From: Crocosphaera subtropica ATCC 51142
GTDB lineage: Bacteria > Cyanobacteriota > Cyanobacteriia > Cyanobacteriales > Microcystaceae
Assembly: GCF_000017845.1 (NCBI RefSeq)
Contig: NC_010546.1
Coordinates: 1,770,001 to 1,802,000 of the forward strand
DNA: 32,000 nt
Direction of reading: 5' to 3'
In this document: positions 26,221 to 32,000 of the stretch, piece by piece
How positions within the stretch are numbered: the first letter of the stretch is position 1
Layout of the letters: each line of letters begins with the position of its first letter
Made by a program: the position numbers and the translations under genes
Notes under the pieces: generated by a model
What the model was told of the DNA's origin: nothing
Database searches by the model: none
Seen by the model: only the letters and a program-made list of their open reading frames with translations

Positions 26221-28260
26221 TTATCTCCAATCATCCCAATCATTATTAAAGATCGAAGTATTAGGAAACCTGGTCGGATTGTTATTAGCATCTAACCGTT
26301 GTCGTAAGTCTTGTAATTTTTTCGAGCGAAAAATCGGTTCTTCCACTAACTGATAGGGCAAAATTTGTTCATCAATGGCAAAGGCTGCAGTGGTTCCGGC
26401 GGCAGCACCGGAAGACCATTCAAAGGAGTGTACCCGATAAGCAGCCGCAGCAATATGACTCACGGCGATGCTCTTACCTGTTACCAGCAAATTATCGATG
26501 TTTTGGGGTAACATAGCCCGCAGAGGCACTTGGAAAGGATAAGCTTGACCTTGACCCTCTCTTTCCCCTTTGCGCTCCGTATTTCCTGGTTTTTCGGCAG
26601 GATATTCCGTCATACAGGGATGAAAATCAATGGCATAATGACCAATTCCCACAGAGTCAGGATAAATGGTTGATCGCTTGCGTCGGGTGACTTGTTCCGG
26701 GGAAGCATCCCCACTGAGAACCTTAAACCCTTCTAACCCGGCTAAAGCAGCGTGTAACCGGCGATAGGTATCAGGAGAGAGGGTCTTTTTATAAAAATCA
26801 TCTTGATAGTTGCGACGAGAAATATCGATTTCATTGACCATAAAGCCATCTTCGTAAATAAAAGATTCCCGTCCAATAATGCGCCTGGCTTCACGCATAT
26901 AAGGGTACTTAGATAACCCGTGAACCGTTCCCATCGGAGAGTCTAAACCGCTTAAATAAACATGATAGGGGTTTGGGGTTTTGACCCCCTCTCCTAACTG
27001 GGAGTCCGTGGTTCCCACCACTAACCAATAAAAATAACCAATAGAATGTTCTTCCCCTTTGCGTAGGGTTTCTGTGCGTAACCCCCCCATCCATTTTCCG
27101 GGTTCAAGTTGACCCATTTCTTCTAGTTGTCGACGAGTATAGATCAGGTTATCTCTAGAGGTTCCGGGACGATAATCATTCCCCCAAGTCCAGTTTTGCA
27201 TAGAAATATCCCCAGGGGTAGGAACGGTGAAAGTAAGACCTCCAAATGTCTTTTGCTCACCCTTCTGAGGACTCCAAATACGGCGATAGGTATAGACTAA
27301 ATCAAAATCCGCTAACCGTTCAAGTTCATAACTATAATAAGGGGAATATTGAAGGTAAAAATCAGGTAATTCATAGGTTTGGCGATCTTCGGTGGTTTCC
27401 ATCGCAAAGGTATAAGTAAACCCTTGGGTACAATAGGGATCACCGGTTGCACTGGATGAAGACGGTTCTAAGTAAGATCGGGGATCGATTCCTAAACGGT
27501 AGGGAACATCGGCTAAAGCAATAATTTCCCCGGTTTCTGTGGCTTCGATAACGTACCAGTCAGACGGTTCAGGTTTATCATGAGGCTTGGGAATAAACTT
27601 GATAATAGTTTTGTTGAATAACTTAGAATCTTCGTAGGTATAAGCATCCTCAATGGTTTGAGACAGGGGATAAGTATTTAAGGGAGGTGCGCCTTCTCTG
27701 GGGGTATGTTGAATGGCGATCGCACTCATGATTTGTTTTCCCGTTCCCCCGTTAGGATTTTTTTCGATGGTTAAATCTTTGATCACTGTTGAGGGAAACC
27801 AGTTAAGTTGTCCCCTACCTTTTTTGGCCGCATCTTCTAACATGGCCTTGAGAATTATATGACCATCTTCTGGGATAAAACAAGACTCACTCACCCAACA
27901 GTCCCCAGGGTTAAGTTCTCCATAATAGTCTTTGATGCGTTCCCGTAATTCTAAATAACCCCGTGGATAGATTAACTGCGATCGCTGAGTGGGACGCTCA
28001 TCTAAAGCGGAGGTTCCTTGAGACGATAGTTGTCCCCCAACCCAGTCGGTTATTTCCGTTAAACAAACGGTTTTTCCTGCTAATAAACCCTCATAAGCGG
28101 CTGCTGTTCCAGCTAGTCCACCACCCACCACTAATAATTCACATTCTACGGTTTTATCAGGGTTGCGGGGGGGAGTGGCTAAGATTAAAGGAGTCATCCC
28201 TTGCCACATCACTAGGGTTAAAGGAAGGGTTGAAAAATAGCGACGGATACGATTGAGCAT
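26221..28260 (-). CDS. FAD-dependent oxidoreductase (FAD_oxidored-type) with an N-terminal signal-like segment
   Basis: 679 aa. Dinucleotide-binding LLVVGGGLAGTAAAYEGLLAGKTVCLTE lies after a 40-residue leader MLNRIRRYFSTLPLTLVMWQGMTPLILA. Confidence 0.8.
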   Translation of the reverse strand: MLNRIRRYFSTLPLTLVMWQGMTPLILATPPRNPDKTVECELLVVGGGLAGTAAAYEGLLAGKTVCLTEITDWVGGQLSSQGTSALDERPTQRSQLIYPRGYLELRERIKDYYGELNPGDCWVSESCFIPEDGHIILKAMLEDAAKKGRGQLNWFPSTVIKDLTIEKNPNGGTGKQIMSAIAIQHTPREGAPPLNTYPLSQTIEDAYTYEDSKLFNKTIIKFIPKPHDKPEPSDWYVIEATETGEIIALADVPYRLGIDPRSYLEPSSSSATGDPYCTQGFTYTFAMETTEDRQTYELPDFYLQYSPYYSYELERLADFDLVYTYRRIWSPQKGEQKTFGGLTFTVPTPGDISMQNWTWGNDYRPGTSRDNLIYTRRQLEEMGQLEPGKWMGGLRTETLRKGEEHSIGYFYWLVVGTTDSQLGEGVKTPNPYHVYLSGLDSPMGTVHGLSKYPYMREARRIIGRESFIYEDGFMVNEIDISRRNYQDDFYKKTLSPDTYRRLHAALAGLEGFKVLSGDASPEQVTRRKRSTIYPDSVGIGHYAIDFHPCMTEYPAEKPGNTERKGEREGQGQAYPFQVPLRAMLPQNIDNLLVTGKSIAVSHIAAAAYRVHSFEWSSGAAAGTTAAFAIDEQILPYQLVEEPIFRSKKLQDLRQRLDANNNPTRFPNTSIFNNDWDDWR

Positions 28261-28446
28261 AATCTATGAGGAAGCGTTATCTAAACTATGAAGCAGCCTT
28301 TATTTTACTTAATAGAATGGCTTTGCTTATTTTGGGTTCCCTAGCTTGTCATTTGTTCTCATATTGTTCTATAAGTCGCCTTAATTTAGCTAAAGACGGC
28401 CGACCTAACATGATCATGCTCATAACAGGTTATAACGGGTTATGAC

Positions 28447-29802
28447 TTAATTGCTATCTCCACAAACTTGTTGTAAGGTTTCCACAAATTTAGGATAGGA
28501 AATAGCAGCTGCTTCGGCACGATTAATAATTGTTTTTCCTTTAGCATTTAAAGCTGCGATCGCTAAACTCATAGCAATGCGATGATCGGTATAGCTATCA
28601 ACTTCTGCAGCTTTTAAAGGAGTCCCTCCGGTGATTTCTAAGCCATCGGGTAACTCAGTAATCTTCGCCCCCATTTTAGTTAATTCTGAGGCCATGACCG
28701 CCAAGCGATCGCTTTCTTTTACCCTTAATTCGGCTGCATCTTTGATAATCGTTTTCCCTGTAGCAAAAATACCAGCAACAGCTAAAATAGGCACTTCATC
28801 GATCAGTCTGGGAATAATATTCCCCCCAATAGTACAACCTTTTAATTGACAAGATTTAACCCGTAAATCAGCTACCGGTTCCCCTGTAAGGATACGTTTG
28901 TTTTCTAGGGTAATATCTGCCCCCATCATTTCTAAGGCTTCTAAAATACCGGTTCGGGTGGGATTAATGCCCACATTTTCAATTAATAATTCTGACCCAG
29001 GAACGATGGATGCTGCCACTAACCAGAATGCAGAGGAACTAATATCCCCTGGAACAATTACGGTTTGACCTATTAGTTTGGGATGACCGTTTATGGTAAC
29101 ACTATTAGTTTGAGAATCAATGTCTAAGGTTGCGCCAAAAGCTTGTAACATTCGTTCGCTGTGATCACGGGATAAAGCCGGTTCGGTGACGGTGGTTTTC
29201 CCGTCTGTCATTAACCCGGCTAATAAAATACAGGATTTAACTTGCGCTGAGGCGATGGGGGAATGGTAATGGATGGGTTTGAGGCTTTTTCCTTGGACGG
29301 CTAAGGGGGCTAACGTGTTGTTTTTGCGTCCCCAGATATTAGCCCCCATGTCTTGTAAGGGTTGGATGACACGGGACATGGGACGCGATCGCAATGAAGC
29401 GTCTCCCGTCACACAAAATAAGCGATCGGGATGGGACGCTAATAAGCCTAACATCAAGCGCATGGTTGTGCCTGAGTTCCCTGCATTTAGCACATCTAGG
29501 GGTTCTTGTAGCTTTCCTAACCCAATACCCTGTATGGTCACTTTCTCGCTGTTTAAGGGGGATATTTGCGCCCCCATGGCCCTGAAACATTCGGCGGTAC
29601 TACGGGGGTCTTCTCCTAATAATAAACCTGCGATGATGGTTTCTCCTTCTGCGATCGCCCCTAACATCAAAGCGCGATGAGAGATGGACTTATCCCCTGG
29701 TATCTGTAGGGTTCCTTGGAGGGATAATCCTGTATTGGGAGGAGTTATGCTTAAAATTTGCTGATTTTCTACGCTTTGCAGGTTAATGATCGACTTAGAC
29801 AT
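28447..29802 (-). CDS. aroA: 3-phosphoshikimate 1-carboxyvinyltransferase (EPSP synthase)
   Basis: 451 aa. [37 protein letters not shown] and the RVKESDRL motif. Confidence 0.95.
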   Translation of the reverse strand: MSKSIINLQSVENQQILSITPPNTGLSLQGTLQIPGDKSISHRALMLGAIAEGETIIAGLLLGEDPRSTAECFRAMGAQISPLNSEKVTIQGIGLGKLQEPLDVLNAGNSGTTMRLMLGLLASHPDRLFCVTGDASLRSRPMSRVIQPLQDMGANIWGRKNNTLAPLAVQGKSLKPIHYHSPIASAQVKSCILLAGLMTDGKTTVTEPALSRDHSERMLQAFGATLDIDSQTNSVTINGHPKLIGQTVIVPGDISSSAFWLVAASIVPGSELLIENVGINPTRTGILEALEMMGADITLENKRILTGEPVADLRVKSCQLKGCTIGGNIIPRLIDEVPILAVAGIFATGKTIIKDAAELRVKESDRLAVMASELTKMGAKITELPDGLEITGGTPLKAAEVDSYTDHRIAMSLAIAALNAKGKTIINRAEAAAISYPKFVETLQQVCGDSN

Positions 29803-29859
29803 AGGTTAAGATTGAAAAGTTACCCGTCAGATGGGAAAGATGCTGACATAGGTATTTTA

Positions 29860-30030
29860 TCAATTAATAGTTAATCATTGATAATTAATAATTGTTTTTA
29901 CTTAATATGAACTACCCCAACTTTTGAGAAGTCGGGGTTTCTAAATTCCCCGAACTTTTCTGATTTTGTTGAGATTTTTGTCGCTTCATATTTCCAAGTT
30001 GCTTCATAGATCCAGTATGTTTACGAGTCT
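29860..30030 (-). ncRNA. candidate TnpB-associated omega/right-end RNA scaffold (position inferred, not demonstrated)
   Basis: In characterised TnpB systems the guide RNA is transcribed from the 3' end of tnpB through the right end of the IS. Here a 9-bp hairpin with one G-U pair overlaps the tnpB stop codon (29915-29937). Confidence 0.3.
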
Positions 30031-31282
30031 TAGAAGTAGAGCTTATGAGATCCACGATTTCGAGGCGAATTCCTAGCCCCGGTTGCTGATAGATAGCAAC
30101 ATTATACATAACCATAACACTTGATTTATCTCGTCCATTTTCAAAACGGCAATGATTGCAGACATGATAACGATTCGATAAATCAGCCCAATCTTTGTGA
30201 AGAGTTCCACAATGAGGACAACGCTGTGAAGGTTTAATTTTTTTAGTCGGAAGAAATAAAGCTAACCCCCCCTTGGCTTCAACCTTATAGGTAATCATTT
30301 TATTGAGAGTTCCAAAGCCCACATCTAAAATTGACTTATTAAGTCCTGCTTTCTGACGTTTTCTTTTACTACCCTGCTTAGCTTTACGAGTCATCTTTTT
30401 AGTTTCTAACTTCTCCGTAACCACGATGTCATAACGACGAGAAATATCTGTAGTTACTTGATGCTGCCAATTTTTTCGTTGCATAGTAACTTTTCTTTGC
30501 AGTCTAGAAACTTTTTTACGGGCTTTCTTCCACCGTTTTGAAGCTTTGATTTTTTTCTTATAGTTAGGACATCTTTTTCTCCTTAATTGTTTAGATGCAG
30601 ACTTAATCTTAGCTTGAGAATGACGAGCAAATCGTTGATTTTCTATTTCTAGAAATTCTTGACCATCATAGGCAGTTAATGCCGTTTCAGCCCCTAAATC
30701 AATGGCTAATATTGATTGATATTTGAGATTACTATCAGAAGCAAATAAAGTTTCTTGAATAACTACATTGACAGTAAAACTAGCGAACCATTGATTAAGA
30801 TAAGGCTTATAAATAATAGTCAAAGTTGTGGGAGTTCCCCATTGCTTAGCTTGACCTCTCATTCTGATAGTTATACCTAAATCTCTCAACCGAACTTGGC
30901 CATGTTTACCCTCAGTCAAAGCCTCCCATCCACTGTGTCCTGGATAAGTCCAACCTGAGTAATCTCGAATCGATTTAAACTTTGGCTTTTTAGACAAACC
31001 TTGAAAGAATCTGTTATAACTCAAATCTACCCTTTTAATAGTAGCTTGCAGAGTTTGAGAATTAAGTTCTTTATATTCTGGTCAACATTCTTTAAAAGCA
31101 GGTAAAGCGTTTTGCTGTTGGAAATAACTAACAGAATTAGAAAAGTATTGATACTCAGTTTTACGATGAGAAATAGCTGCATTATAGAGATAACAATGTA
31201 ACCTTCTTGCCTCAAACAGCTTTGACGTTTGGGCTTTATTTGGATATAGTCGAAATGTATATCGTCTATTAACAGTCTGCAT
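29912..31282 (-). pseudogene. tnpB: TnpB (IS605 OrfB / RNA-guided nuclease family) interrupted by a single in-frame TGA
   Basis: Track ORFs 31082..31282 and 29912..31024 are in the same frame. I read ...LPAFKEC-TGA-PEYKELNSQTLQATIKRVDLSYNRFF... across 31084-31082. The N-terminus YTFRLYPNKAQ, RuvC-like AIDLG, VVTEKLE, the zinc finger CPHCG...CNHC and GRDKSS are all retained. Confidence 0.85.
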
Positions 31283-31347
31283 TATAACTCTTTATAACTG
31301 CTCTCTCGCTTTATTAGCTAGTATAATTATATCACTATAAACCCAAA

Positions 31348-31779
31348 ATGCAACAAACTGAACTTAGAAAAATTTCTCATGCGGTTTTCTCTATACATTT
31401 GCATATAGTATTTGTGACAAAATATAGACGAAAAGTATTAACCCAAGAAATGTTAGATGACCTCAAAAAAATATTTAGTCGAGTTTTAGAAAAAAATATT
31501 AGTTATCTACTTGAATGTAATTTAGAACCTGATCATGTTCATCTATTAGTTGACTTACATCCTGATAATAATATCTCTAATTTGGTAGCTGTTCTTAAGT
31601 CAGCTAGTAGTCGTATTCTAAGAAATAAATATTCTGAAGTTTTTGCTCAATTTTACTGGGGAAAGCGAGCTAAATTATGGCATGATTCTAAATGTATAAT
31701 TTCCTGTGGTGGCGCACCATTAGAAGTGGTCAAAGAGTATATCAACAATCAATCAGGAGGATTAGAAAATCAGAAATGA
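31348..31779 (+). CDS. tnpA: IS200/IS605-family Y1 (HUH) transposase TnpA
   Basis: 143 aa. HUH motif HLHIVFVTKYRRKVL, DHVHLLV, and the C-terminal catalytic Tyr context VVKEYINNQ. Confidence 0.9.
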   Translation: MQQTELRKISHAVFSIHLHIVFVTKYRRKVLTQEMLDDLKKIFSRVLEKNISYLLECNLEPDHVHLLVDLHPDNNISNLVAVLKSASSRILRNKYSEVFAQFYWGKRAKLWHDSKCIISCGGAPLEVVKEYINNQSGGLENQK

Positions 31780-32000
31780 GGACGCTACGCAGTTCAATTT
31801 TTGGTCGGTTATTCATCCCTAAGTTATAGAACTTTAGGGAATTCTACCCGACATTTAAGTCTAACTATAAGTAAACAAATGTAAAGCTACTCTTGACAAA
31901 AAGCAATTAATTTGGATTCAGAAAAAGTTGCAGATGAAATCAGCGATCGCCGCAGTTAAACAATTCTTAATGGTGTGTTATTGCAAATCTTTTTAAATTG

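Larger units (their letters stand above)
29880..31875 (-). mobile_element. IS200/IS605-family insertion sequence (IS605-like layout with divergent tnpA and tnpB); ends approximate
   Basis: Contains tnpA (Y1/HUH) and tnpB. Similar subterminal hairpins sit at both ends: 29915-29937 CCCCAACTT-ttgag-AAGTCGGGG and 31817-31839 CCCTAAGTT-atag-AACTTTAGGG. There is no HIP1 inside. The exact termini cannot be fixed without a second copy. Confidence 0.6.

Noticed and set aside
29273-29680. Plus-strand 135-aa ORF and two further small ORFs (29339-29590, 29394-29585) inside aroA.
   Set aside because: These are alternative or antisense frames of a GC-richer conserved gene, so they are shadow ORFs.
31027-31215. 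62-aa minus-strand ORF overlapping the tnpB N-terminal region.
   Set aside because: It is out of frame with tnpB and has a low-complexity Leu/Ile/Lys composition. The tnpB frame gives recognisable TnpB motifs across this span.

Overview
This is a chromosomal segment from a unicellular cyanobacterium, probably Crocosphaera/Cyanothece-like. Support: about 20 copies of the HIP1 octamer GCGATCGC (counted by eye), an ndhC-ndhK-ndhJ operon, glnB with a cyanobacterial T-loop, ycf65/PSRP-3 and cbbY. Most of the window is ordinary housekeeping: pth, gltX, a CAX antiporter, birA, yceD, rdgB, dacB and aroA, plus a hybrid histidine kinase. Two parts are accessory. (1) A sharply low-GC, HIP1-free island at about 10.9-15.35 kb carries two DNA methyltransferases of different classes. 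One is a gamma-class NPPY enzyme. The other is a beta-class SPPY enzyme with an unexplained ~294-aa N-terminal extension that contains a zinc ribbon. The island also holds an alpha/beta-hydrolase and a small Cys-containing ORF, but no recognisable nuclease. This is my best candidate for an undescribed or atypical DNA-modification or defence module. It is followed by a further HIP1-free block (AraC regulator, NAD(P)-binding protein, DUF1772 protein, aspartoacylase). (2) An IS200/IS605-type element at about 29.9-31.9 kb has divergent tnpA and tnpB. tnpB is interrupted by one in-frame TGA, and the element sits about 110 nt upstream of aroA. No rRNA, tRNA or CRISPR array was seen. All calls come from reading motifs by eye; no database search was run.
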